Below the pieces are notes generated by a model, which was not told the DNA's origin, ran no database searches, and saw nothing but the letters and a program-made list of their open reading frames with translations. A DNA stretch of 64,000 nucleotides, taken from positions 85,934,001-85,998,000 of the forward strand of contig NC_058368.1 of NCBI RefSeq assembly GCF_018350175.1, in the 5' to 3' direction. This document shows, piece after piece, positions 51,911 to 63,413 of the stretch. Origin of the DNA: Felis catus (taxonomy: Eukaryota). The stretch's first letter is position 1. Every line of letters starts with the position of its first letter. Both the position numbers and the translations under genes were made by a program.

Positions 51911-53093
51911 GTAATTAGTGTTTTAGCTTTTTACCTCATTAGATATCCAATGAATTTATCTCAATTTATCATGCAAACAAAACTTAAATGTTTTAGGTTA
52001 CCAAAGACTTTGAAAGCTATCTTAACAATTATCCATGAAAACTATGAGGCAAACAGTTAACCATTACTTTAAGTCATCCTTCCGTTAACAGATTGGAAGA
52101 GAGATAATGTGAGTTTATTTGACCTTTGATAAATCTTAGTAGAATAAAGATTTATATTTAATGTTAATAACATTAAAGACAGATTTAATAAACTTAATTA
52201 GTTTAAATATTAAATATGTTTTATTTATTATTTACATCTTGGGAAGTTTGTTATAACCTTAGGATGTTATTTAAAGCATATCTTAAATAGGATTATAAAA
52301 TGTTATAAATCTTAAAATTGTATTTATTTAACCAATGTGTCAATAAAAGATTCTAAAGGCGAATCCATAGTATTATATAATTTTTAGCAAAACTTAACTC
52401 TTTTAACACTTAGAAGTTTTACCTAAGCAATCAAAGACCTGATAAAGATGAAACCTAAAGCTTTTTTTTTTTTTGGCAAAGAGAAAAGAAAAACAAACAA
52501 CAACTTTGTTTACATTGTCTTAGCAGAACCGTCCAAGAAAGCTTTGTTTTTTGAACCGAGAGAAAAATGGAATTTTAACCTTACACCAGTATATTTTTAA
52601 AATTCCATTCATCTCAACCTAGTAGAATAACATTTTATAATTTAAGAGATACACCTATCTTAATAATATTTTATTTGTGTCCCCTTAAAAGTTTACCATT
52701 GTTAATTTTTTCCCGTGGAACCAGTGAGGAAATTTGAACTTTAAGGAGTTTGTTGTTGTTTTTTAACTTTTTCCAGTGTACATTCTTACCTCAAAGAAGA
52801 GGTTAGTTGTCATTGTCAAGAGGCCTGAAGGCAGAGAGGCACAAAGGGAAGAGAAAAGAGTTTACATGGTCCTAAAGTCTGTCAACTCAAATAGATGAGT
52901 AGATACCGATTTTTGTTTTGTTTTGTATTATTTACTTTGTCTTGTTTTGGTTTTCCATTAGTGGAATTAGGCATTCTATGCTGAGCCAGAGAAGACAGGG
53001 AGGTTCCCCCAAAACAAAAGGAGTTTTGGCAGCTGCTTGGGAATATTCCTTAAAATCTCTATCCCGAGGTAGACTAGCCAGAGACAATTGGCT

Positions 53094-53548
53094 CTAGTCA
53101 TCATTTGTGGGTGGCAGCAGAGGCCATTCTGATAAAGTATTTTCCTCAGGTTCTATATCCTTGATTCCCTCATCCTCAAAATTATCAGATGTAAAATCTG
53201 AGTGATCTTCTTCTTCTTGATGAGTTTTTAATTTAGAGGAACTTATATTTTGTTCTGAGTCAGACTGTAAAGGGTGTAAAGCCATCTCAATTAAAGAGCA
53301 TAAAGACCAAACTTTTAAAGAAATGATATCTCCATTTTGATGAGTATGTCTAAGCGTTTCCATAATTAATCCCCATTGTTTAAGGTTTAAAAGATTTTTT
53401 CCAGAAGGATTAAACCAATAGCAACGTTTTTTAACCAAGTACCAGAGCTCATCAAAATTCCCCTTTTCACTTTTACTCCTGAATTTTGCAATAAAATATG
53501 AAGTAACTTATAGTAAGCTTCATGATAATGAGACTGGGAGTTTCTCAT
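53094..53548 (-). pseudogene. gag: ERV gag, matrix region only
   Basis: ATG AGA AAC TCC CAG... start, then CYWFNPSGKNLLNLKQW...VWSLCSLIEMAL and an acidic tract, resembling betaretroviral MA; no CA or NC follows. Confidence 0.75.
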
Positions 53549-53687
53549 ACTTCACTAAGCTTCATGATAATGAGACTGGGAGTTTCTCATACTTTACTAT
53601 CCCAAAGCTGGGACTTAACTGTTCTACCATTCTGCGTTGGTCCTCTGTGACTGTAAACCGAAGTAGTCATCAAGACTGCCATGCCTT

Positions 53688-53705
53688 ATCCTGTCAACTA
53701 TGCCA
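53688..53705 (-). promoter_or_regulatory. Primer binding site, tRNA-Ser type
   Basis: Minus strand TGGCATAGTTGACAGGAT, 2 nt after the LTR end; 15/18 match to TGGCGTAGTCGGCAGGAT, the complement of the tRNA-Ser(AGA/TGA) 3' end as I recall it. Confidence 0.8.
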
Positions 53706-53707
53706 AA

Positions 53708-53912
53708 TGTTGCAGGGACTATGGCCAGATTCACAAAAGATGAGTCCACAAAGTGCAGTTAAGTGAAGGTCCTCATACTCAAGTTGGAATGAGGCCCGGA
53801 CTCCAGAATGAAGCTTCTTTATATTAGGATAATTGCTAAAGGTTACGTGCATTAAGTCAGCTTAGCAAGTGTGTTAATCAATCTAATAGTTTAGCTTTTC
53901 AAGGTTGAATTC
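53708..53912 (-). repeat. 5' LTR, truncated (distal U3 half missing)
   Basis: Aligns to 46125-46322 with roughly 10% substitutions plus indels, then joins L1 ORF2 abruptly. Confidence 0.9.
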
Positions 53913-56900
53913 ACATCATCTGTGAAGTGAAAGTTTGACTTCTTCTTTGCCAATTTTGATGCATTTTATTTCATTTTGTTGCCTGATTGCTGATGCTAGG
54001 ACTTCCAACACTATGTTAAACAACAGTGGTGAGAGTGGACATCCCTTGTCATGTTCCTGATCTCAGGGGGAAAGCTCTCAGTTTTTCTCCATTGAGGATG
54101 ATATTAGCTGTGGGCTTTTCATAAATGGCTTTTAGGATGTTTAGGTTCCTTCTATCCTGACTTTCTTGAGGATTTTTGTTAAGAAAGGATACTGTCTTTT
54201 GTCAAAGGCTTTTTCTGTATCTATTGACAGGACAATATGGTCCTTATCCTTTCTTTTATTAATGTGTATGTATCACATTTATTGACTTGCAAATATTGAA
54301 CCAGCCCTGCAGGCCAGGAATGTATTGGATCCCATTTCATCATGATGAATAATTCTTCTAATATGCTGCTGAATTCCATTTGCTAGTATCTTGTTGATAA
54401 TTTTTGCATCCAAGTTCATCAGGGATATTAGCCTGTAGTTCTCCTTTTTTTGGGGGGGGGGCACTGTCTGGTTTAGGAATTAAACTAATGTTGGCTTCAT
54501 AGAATGAGTCTGGAAGTTTTCCTTCCATTTCTGTTTTTTGAAGCAGCTTGAGAAGGATAGGTATTAAATCTGATTTAAAGTTCTGGTAGAATTCCCTAGG
54601 GAAGCCATCTGGTCTAGGATTCTTATTTTTGGGGAGATTTTTGATAACTGATTCAATTTCTTCACTACTCTTAGATCTGCTCAAATTTTCTATTTCTTCC
54701 CATTTACGTTTAGGTAGTGTGTGGGTGTCTATGAATTTACCCATATGTTCCAGGTTGTCCTGTTTGTTGGCATATAATTTTTCATAGTATTCCCTGATAA
54801 TTGCTGGTATTTCTGAGGGATTGGTTTTAATAAATCCATTTTCATTCATGATTTCATATATTTGGGTCCTCTCTCTTTTCTCTGTGAGAAGTCTGGGTAA
54901 AAGTTTATCAACTTTGCTTATTTTTTCAAAAAACCAACTCTTTGTTGCATTGATCTGTTCTACTGTTTTGTTTTTGTTTGTTTGTTTTGATTCTATATTA
55001 TTTATTTATGCTCTCATCTTTTAATTTTTCTAATTCTGCTGGGTTTGTGGTGTCTTTATTGTTCTGCTTTTAGTTCTTTAGGTGTGTTGTTAGATTTTCT
55101 ATTTGGGATTTTTCTTTTTCCTTGAGATAGGCCGTGATTGCAATGTATTTTCTTCTTAGAACTAACTTTGCTGCATCCCAAAGGTTTTGCATTGTTGTGT
55201 TTTCATTTTCATTTGTTTCCATACATTTTTAAATTTCTTCTCTAATAGCCTGGTTGACCCATTCATTCTTTAGTGGGATGTTTTTGTTTGTTTGTTTGGT
55301 TGGTTGGTTGGTTTACCTCCATGCTTTTGGAGGTTTTCCAGACTTTTTCCTATGGATTATTTCAAGTTTCATAGCACTGTGATCTGAAAGAGTGCATGGT
55401 ATGATCTCAATTCTTTTATATTTGTTGAGGGCTGTTTTGTGACCCAGTTTTTGATCTATCTTGGAGAATGCTCCATATGCACTTGAGAAGGAAGTATATT
55501 CTGCTGATTTAGGATGTAGAGTTCTAAATATATCCGTGAAGTCCATCTGGTCCAGTGTATCATTCAAGGCCATTGTTTGCTTACTGATTTTCTGTCTAGA
55601 TGTTTTGTCCAATGTTGTAAGTGGGGTATTAAAGTCACCTGCAATTACTGCATTCCTACCAATAAGATTGCTTATGTTTGTGATTAATTGTTTTACATAT
55701 TTTGGTCCTACCGATTTTGGCGCATAGACATTTATAATTGTTATCTCCTCCTGATAGATAGACCCTGTAATCATTATATAATGCCCTTCTTCATATCTTC
55801 TTATAGCTTTTAACTTAGTCTAGTTTGTCTGATATAAATATGGCTACTCCATCTTTCTTTTGACTTCCAGTAACGTGATAGATAGCTCTCCATCCCCTCA
55901 ATTTTAATCTGAAGGTGTCCTCGGGTGTAAAATGGGTCTCTTGTAGACAGCAAATAGATGGGTCTTGTATTTTTATTCTTTCTGATACCTTATGTCTTTT
56001 GATTGGAGCATTTAGTCCATTTACATTCAGTGTTATTATTGAAATATATGGATTTAGAGTCATTGTGTTATCTGCAGGTTTCATGTTAGTAGTGATGTCT
56101 CTGGTCCTTTGTGGGCCTTGCAACATTTCACTCACAGAGTCCCCCATATGATCTTTTGTTGGGCTGGTTTAGAGGTGATTTCCTTCAGTTTTTTTTGTTT
56201 GGGAAAACCTTTATTTCTCCTTCTATTCTGAGTGACAGGCTTGCTGCATAAAGTATTCTTGTCTGCATATTTTCCCTGTTAATCACATTGAAGATTTCCT
56301 GACATTCTTTCTGGCCTGCCAAGTTTCAGTAGACAGGTCTGCTACTACCCTTAGGTATCTACCTTAGTACATTAATACCCATTTGTCCCTAGCTGCTTTC
56401 AGAATTCTCTCTTTATCCTTGTATTTTGCCAGTTTCACTATGATATTATGTGCAGAAGATCGATTCAAGTGACTTCTGAAGGGAGTTCTCTGTACCTCTT
56501 GGATTTCAATGTCTGTTACCTTCCCCAGATTAGGGAAGTTCTCAGCTATGATTTGTTCAAGTACACCTTCAGCTCCTTTCACTCTCTTTTCTTCTCTGGA
56601 ACTCCTATGGTATGGTTATTGTTCCATTTGATAAATAACTTAGTTCTCTAATTCTCCCCTCATGACCCAGGATTTGTTTTATCTCTCTTTTTCTCAGCTT
56701 CTTCTTTTTCCATAATTTTATCTTCTGTTTCACCTATTCTCCTGTCTGCCTCTTCAATCCGCACTGTGGCCACCTCCATTTTATTTACCACCTCATTTAT
56801 AGCATTTTTAAATTCATCATGACTAGTTTTTAGTTCTTTGACTCTGCAGCAATCTCTGCTGTTTTCTATGCCTTTTTCAAGCCCAGAGATTTATCTTATG

Positions 56901-56963
56901 ACTATTATTCTAAATTCTTCTTCAGATATATATATAGATATAGATATAGATATAGATAGTTGT

Positions 56964-56999
<36 letters not shown>

Positions 57000-57980
57000 G
57001 TTTATATCTCTTTTGATCCATTCTTTAGCTGTCATTTCTTCCTGGTATCTTCTGAGAAGAATACTTCCATTTTATCATTTTGCCTAGTTTTCTGTCCCTT
57101 GTGTGTTTCAAAAGCTTGTTATGTTCTCTGAACCTGAGAGCACTGCTGTATTAAGTGTGGGGGGTGTTATATACTATACAGAGACTGACCCTTCAGTAAG
57201 TGCTTTTTGGAGAGTGTTACTTGCTCTCTGTTGTTGTGACATTGTTTAATTTATTTCTCCAACTGTGATGTAAACAGAAAACAGAAAACCATGCACACAC
57301 ACACACACACTCACTCAAAAAAACAAAAACAAAAACAAAACAAAACCCTAAAGAACAGCGTGGAGGTGACACTCATGGAAGAGCACATACAAAGAGAGAA
57401 ATGATGGTGGGGGGGGGTAGAAAAAAATAAACACTGACCAGGCAGAGAGACTATAAGACTTAATCCAGGAAGACAGAAAAGAAAGTAAAGAAGGAGGTGG
57501 GGGAAAAAGAAAAGAAGATAAATTTGCCCATTTAAAGAAACTATAAGGCTTGATTATTACAGAGAGACAGAAAGTAAAGAAGAAGGTATACAGCATGTAT
57601 CAAGAGAATGTTTTAAATATGTCTTTTCAAACAAACCAACTTCCAGAGTAAGCAGACTAGAGGAGGGAATAGATAAGAAGGAGAAAAGTAAGGAGGAATG
57701 TATCTATATAAGAAGAATTGTCTGAGAATTAATCCTGGCAATGCAGCAGCACTGGTCTGGAGGGTGGGCCATCTGGTTCTTCAGTGTCTATCCTGTTCCA
57801 GTAGATATGCAGTTAATAGGGCAGAGGGGTGTGGTTTGGTGTAGGTGGGTCCCACCTCTACTGTGGGGCCAGCAGTCCAATCCCTGAGGCCCTGCCTTGG
57901 TGGTAGTGAGGAGAGAAATGGAGACACCCCAGTCTCCATGGGGTGGGAATGGGAGGGTGGACCTTGAGGAACATACCAAC
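53913..57980 (-). mobile_element. Carnivore LINE-1: partial 5'UTR, ORF1 and ORF2 5' half; 3' part missing
   Basis: [61 protein letters not shown]1 IIAENFPNLGK. Confidence 0.96.
56927..56996. repeat. (TA)n/(GATATA)n microsatellite inside L1 ORF1
   Basis: Direct reading. Confidence 0.9.
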
Positions 57981-58491
57981 ATCCTCCCCAAAAGAGTCTG
58001 CATTTGAGTATCTAAGCACACAGATGACTGTCATGTGAGACCAGTTTTTCTCCTTCCCTTCCACAAACCCACACTCTGTTCTATCATCAGTTCTCTTTTT
58101 TTGAGGAACCAAAAGCTTCAAGGGAGGTGAACAGAGGTAGCAGACCCGAGGCTGAGGGGCAAGGGGCATAGCATGGCCTAGAGAGATTAATACTCAAAAT
58201 ACACAGGGGAAAAATAATTTTACAAACTTTACATAAAAGGATAATTGTGAGATTTAATGAGGTTTGTATCTTACATAAAAGTAATGGTTTCAAAGTTATT
58301 TTACAAACCAGTTATAAAGGCACCTACATTCACATATATGTACTATGTGTACATATGTGTACACATATGTGTACTATATTCACATTTGGCCAAATGTTTA
58401 ATAAATAACTATTTTGATAATTTACTTATTTAAATGAATTAGGTAACATCCAGGAAACATTCTGTATTATTGTTTCCTTAAGAAACTCCTC

Positions 58492-58955
58492 GAGGGCGCC
58501 TGGGTGGCGCAGTCGGTTGAGCGTCCGCCTTCAGCCAGGTCAGGATCTTGCGGTCCGTGAGTTCGAGCCCCGCGTCGGGCTCTGGGCTGATGGCTCAGAG
58601 CCTGGAGCCTGTTTCCGATTCTGTGTCTCCCTCTCTCTCTGCCCCTTCCCCGTTCATGCTCTGTCTCTCTCTGTCCCAAAAATAAATAAACGTTGAAAAA
58701 AAATTAAAAAAAAAAAAAACTTCTCGGGGTGTCTGGGTGGCTCAGTGCGTTTTGCATTTCACTAAGGCTCAGTTCATGATCATAGTATTTGTGAGTGAGC
58801 CCTGATTCAGGCTTTGTACTGACAGCTTGAGCCTGTAGCCTGCTTCAGATTCTGTCTCCCTCTCACTCTGCCCCTTCCTTGCTTGCACTCACTTTCTCTT
58901 TCTGTCTTCCTCTCTGTCTCAAAAATAAATCAACACTAGAACACTTTTAAAAAAT
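58492..58955 (+). mobile_element. Two head-to-tail CanSINEs (young 58492-58719, older 58726-58955)
   Basis: Two SINE heads; AAACT(C/T)CTC is present before, between and after them. Confidence 0.95.
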
Positions 58956-59790
58956 AAAGAAACTTCTCATGACAGGCCCTGGGAAGACACTTGCTAACTC
59001 TTCTTTGAAGTAGTCAAAAAAAGGTTAGTTTGATGTAGATGAGTGTAAAATCCATGGGAATTGCATTTGACCCTATGTCTGCAAGCATGTAGGTAGAGTT
59101 CATTCTGGAGGACAAATCAGCAATAATTTCAGATTAAGTTAAGATATATGTGGGAGGTTTTCAAGACTGTATGACTAAACAGAAAAAGGTCTGGAACATT
59201 TTATTGTGTATATCAGGAAACCATCTACTTATTTCTAAAACTCCAAAACACATGTCTTGAGTTATTATGGTTGTTCACATAAAGTGTCCATTTCTTGAGC
59301 TGGGTATGCTAAAGATACCACCTTGTTAATCCAAGGTAAGATAAAGAATAAAAACCTCATGAGGAAATCTTCCATTCTCAGAATTTTTTTCTTTTTTGAC
59401 TTCTCAGCTTCCTGTATTATAAATGATCATGTGCTACAATGAGGTTCTGTAGACCAGTTTAATATTGCCCTCTTATCCTAGAAAGAATGGGTACATCCTG
59501 GGCACCTATTTTCTCTACTTTCAGACCTCATGCAAAAGAGACCTTTTGTGACATCCTCTTTTATATCCACATGCATGCATTTACAAGCAAAATGGTATTT
59601 TTTAGTTTGTGTTATTTATTACTGTTATTATTATTCAGTAAATAAATATCTCTTTCCATGTCAGAGAAATATACTGGATCACCAAGTTTCTGGGTCTGTG
59701 TTTTCAAATGAGGACCAGGTTCTGAGACAGATTTTCCATGAATAGGGATAGGAAGACACTTTCTAACATATTTTTGTTTTGTTTATGTAG

Positions 59791-59811
59791 GGAAAACAGA
59801 AGAAGTGAATG
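59791..59811 (+). CDS. 21-nt heptad micro-exon B': (G)KTEEVN (coding status uncertain)
   Basis: gtttatgtAG|GGAAAACAGAAGAAGTGAATG|GTAAGG; paralog of 30602-30622. Confidence 0.6.
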
Positions 59812-59880
59812 GTAAGGGTTATTTATTTTTATACATCCCACACTTGATGATCTTTCATCATAATTAACAAATAAAATGCT

Positions 59881-60099
59881 GGGGCGCCTGGGTGGCTCAG
59901 TCGGTTGAGCGTCTGACTTCGGCTCAGGTCATGGTCTCACAGTCTGTGGGTTCGAGCCCCACATCGGGCTCTGTGCTGACAGCTCAGAGCCTGGAGCCTG
60001 CTTCAGATTCTGTGTCTCCCTCTTTCTCTGACGCTCCCCTGTTCATGCTCTCTCCCTGTCTCAAAAATAAATAAATGTTAAAAAAATTTTTAAAAAAAG
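59881..60099 (+). mobile_element. CanSINE
   Basis: TSD AAATAAAATGCT; absent from the paralog near 30690. Confidence 0.96.
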
Positions 60100-60884
60100 A
60101 AATAAAATGCTGACACCCCATTTATGACCCAGTCATGTTTCGAAGCAACTAAAATACCTTTCTGCTACTTTTCAAAAAGTGAACATAAGTATTTGTAAGA
60201 CAAGGAATGATGTAGGCATAAATGAAGAAGAACAAGATGCATCACCTGGTGGTGTTGAGGGTTGGGACTCATGTCTTACATCTGTCCCATTCAGTGAGGG
60301 CAGTCAGCTTTTGTGCATATAGTAATTAACTACTTATTTTATATTCAGTGCTTAAGAAACACTGAGAAGAATTCTCCTTGTAGTTGCTGTCTTCATGCAG
60401 ATGCAAATTCCACATTTAAATAATAAATGTAAAACAAATATTCTGGTAGTGTTATCCAAGGATTCAGATTCTATGAGCACATACAGTAGTGAGATTGGAT
60501 TTGCTCATTCCGTTGTGGATTTGCTGAAAATAGCATCAATGAGGATGATGGTAGTGGTATTAAAGAGGACATGTAGGTAGGTAAAAGGGAGGAATAGAGT
60601 GTGTAAAACACAAAGCACAACATGCATTAAACTCTGGCTGGGAAGTGAGCCCATGATACTATTAGAGGACACAGTATTATCCAGGTGACTCTGGTTCAGA
60701 CAACCCAGACAAGGCTATAGGTAAGCAAATGTTGGGAAATACAAAGTCACTTTACCATTCTAAGAATTCTGAATGCTATCCAGGAAACAATTTTGAATAT
60801 TATCCAAGAAACTCAGTAAAACATATAAATGTTAAACAAAAAAGGTGTGCAGTGACAATATTTTCATTTCAAAAATGTTATTTT

Positions 60885-61106
60885 CTTTTTTTTTTTAATT
60901 AACATTTATTTATTTCTAAGAGATGGAGAGAGACAGAGCATAAGCAGGAAGTGGGGACAGAGAGAGGCATAGAATCCAAAGCAGGCTCCAGGCTCTGAGC
61001 TGTCAGCACAGAGCCCAGCATAAGGGGGCTCGATCCACAAACCACAAGATCATGACCTGAGCCGAAGTTAGAAGCTTAACCAACTGAGTCACCCAGCTGT
61101 CCCCCC
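60885..61106 (-). mobile_element. CanSINE (same insertion as 32565-32772)
   Basis: TSD AAATGTTATTTTCTT; same position in both paralogs. Confidence 0.93.
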
Positions 61107-61310
61107 TATAAATGTTATTTTCTTGTTTTTTACTTGGTAAGTAAAGTTTCTCCATGAGGATAGAAATGTATTAAGAAAAATATATTAAGAAATATATTCT
61201 TAATATTTCTTAATAAATATTTCTTAACAAAAATATATTAAGAAAAAAACAAAGAAGAAGAAATGTAAAGATATTTCAAAGCAATCTCTCACTACATCTC
61301 ATTATTTCAG

Positions 61311-61337
61311 AAAGGTTAAAACTCCAGGGAGGAGAAG
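61311..61337 (+). CDS. 27-nt micro-exon C': (E)RLKLQGGE (coding status uncertain)
   Basis: attatttcAG|AAAGGTTAAAACTCCAGGGAGGAGAAG|GTGAGT; paralog of 32903-32929. Confidence 0.6.
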
Positions 61338-61475
61338 GTGAGTAATGAAAATGGCCACTCTAGCCCTGACTCATGCACTTTTCTTTTAGTCATGCATCTC
61401 TTTGCTGTTTTATTCACTGTTAAATCTTGAATTCAAAACTATACTTTTATTTTATTTATTTTTTTAAATTTTAAG

Positions 61476-61499
61476 TGAAGTTTCTTCGACAGTAAGCAG
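61476..61499 (+). pseudogene. Inactivated micro-exon D'
   Basis: TGAAGTTTCTTCGACAGTAAGCAG|CTAACT versus TTGAAGTATCTTCGACTGTATGCAG|GTAACT: TAT>TAA stop and donor GT>CT. Confidence 0.85.
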
Positions 61500-61582
61500 C
61501 TAACTAGAGACTGAAGTATTTGGATAATGATATTTATTTTTAACAAGCACTCTGGGTCACTGGAGACAACACACTCACAAAC

Positions 61583-61810
61583 TAAAAAAAAAAAAAAAAG
61601 AGGTTAGAGTGGGAGAGAGCTAAAGCATAAGAGACTCTTAAAAACTGAGAACAAACTGAGGGTTGATGGGGGTGGGAGGGAAAGGAGGGTGCATGATGGG
61701 TATTGAGGAGGGCACCTTTTGGGATGAGCACTGGGTGTTGTATGGAAACCAATTTGACAATAAATTTCATATATTGAAAAAAATAAAATTAAATTAAAAA
61801 AATAAAAAGA
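61583..61810 (+). mobile_element. Short 5'-truncated LINE-1 3' end
   Basis: GAGACTCTTAAAAACTGAGAACAAACTGAGGG...GCACTGGGTGTTGTATGGAAACCAATTTGACAATAAA and A tail; absent from the paralog near 33175. Confidence 0.92.
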
Positions 61811-62164
61811 ACCACACAAACTCACACAGAGCACACAAACACACCCCCTTTTTTCTCCAAAATTTCCATTTTGTCATGTCTATTCTTGGGTAGTTTATTG
61901 CGATAACTCCTTACATATCGCAAATGGTGCTGCTCTCTGAAGTTCAGTGATGGACAGAAGCAGAATATTATAGTCCAAAATGATACTATCAAACATCTTT
62001 TTAGAACCAGAAATGAATTGAGGAATGGTTTAGCGGGAAGCAGACAGGGAATGGGGTAAAGGCAGGCTGCCACTTAACTATGTTAGAATGGAGACTAATG
62101 ACACTATGACACTAGTTGCTTATGGATCGCAATCGGTGGCCCTTCATTTAATTTGTCAAATGGA

Positions 62165-62384
62165 GGGGCGCCTGGGTAGCTCAGTCGGTTAAGCGTCTGA
62201 TTTCAGCTCAGGTCATCATCTTGTGGTCTGAGAGTTCGAGCCCTGGGTCAGGCTCTGGGCTGATGGCTTAGAGCCTGGAGCCTGCTTCTGATTCTGTGTC
62301 TCCCTCTCTCTCTTCCCCTTGCCCACTCATGCTCTGTCTTTGTCTCAAAAATAAAAATTAAAAAGTTACAAAAAATAAAAAAAA
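62165..62384 (+). mobile_element. CanSINE
   Basis: TSD ATTTAATTTGTCAAATGGA; absent from the paralog near 33530. Confidence 0.96.
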
Positions 62385-63190
62385 ATTTAATTTGTCAAAT
62401 GGAAAACTCCTACCTTCTTAGGATATCTTTTGACTTCCAAAAAATTGTGAAACTTATGAGCTTTGTTTACCATTAGGAACCATAACATTTTTGTTATATT
62501 TTACACTTTTGTTGTATTTCAAATAAAATATTGTCATTTGATTTCCACAAATACACTGTGAAGAAGAAAGGTCAGGTATTAATATACTGTTCCACAAAAT
62601 AATGCATGGTAAGTATTCTTAGGAGATTTCTCAGTTTATATTACTAATTGGTATAATATTCACATTCATTAGACAACTTTAGAAGCACATTTACCAATTG
62701 AAAAAAGTACAGTCTAGATATCAGATATTACTTTGTAAAAATGCCCGTTAGCAACTGAGTTGCAATGTCTTTAAATTCACATACTATATTTACAGTGCTA
62801 ATATATGGTTTCAGTTATTTTTATATTATATTAATACTATTGGAACTATATCTGTGGTTACAGTAAATAAGTAAATTTATTTTTAAGTAAATAAATTATA
62901 AGTCATAAATAATAAAGTAATAAAGTAAATAAATTTTTAAGTAAATAAATAAATTTTATTTATAGTAAATAAGTAAAAATTTATTTTTACCTACAACTAT
63001 GGAACTTCTTTCACAGCAAAAGTACTTTTAGCCTATATTAACAGAATCCTGGGTAATTGGGTAAATATCTGGATCATTTTACCTCTGACTTGTGTGCTTA
63101 TGTTTTCACCATTTTAAAAATTATTTTTGGATTCATGTATCTATGAAAATATGTACCCATGTGAAGGCACTTTTAAGAAAAGTAATTCAG

Positions 63191-63413
63191 GGGGCACCTG
63201 GGTGGCACAGTCGGTTAAGCGTCCGACTTCAGCCAGGTCACGATCTCGCGGTCCGTGAGTTCGAGCCCTGCGTCGGGCTCTGGGCTGATGGCTCAGAGCC
63301 TGGAGCCTGTTTCCGATTCTGTGTCTCCCTCTCTCTCTGCCCCTCTCCCGTTCATGCTGTCTCTCTCTGTCCCCAAAATAAATAAAAACGTTGAAAAAAA
63401 ATTAAAAAAAAAA
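63191..63413 (+). mobile_element. Young CanSINE
   Basis: TSD AAGAAAAGTAATTCAG; absent from the paralog near 34215. Confidence 0.96.

Larger units (their letters stand above)
46125..53912 (-). mobile_element. Defective class II (betaretrovirus-like) endogenous provirus
   Basis: Minus-strand order LTR-PBS-gag(MA)-[foreign segment]-dUTPase/pro-pol-env-PPT-LTR; many stops and frameshifts. Confidence 0.95.

Noticed and set aside
58351..58370. Perfect 20-bp palindrome ACATATGTGTACACATATGT
   Set aside because: It lies in an alternating purine-pyrimidine low-complexity tract, where such palindromes arise easily.
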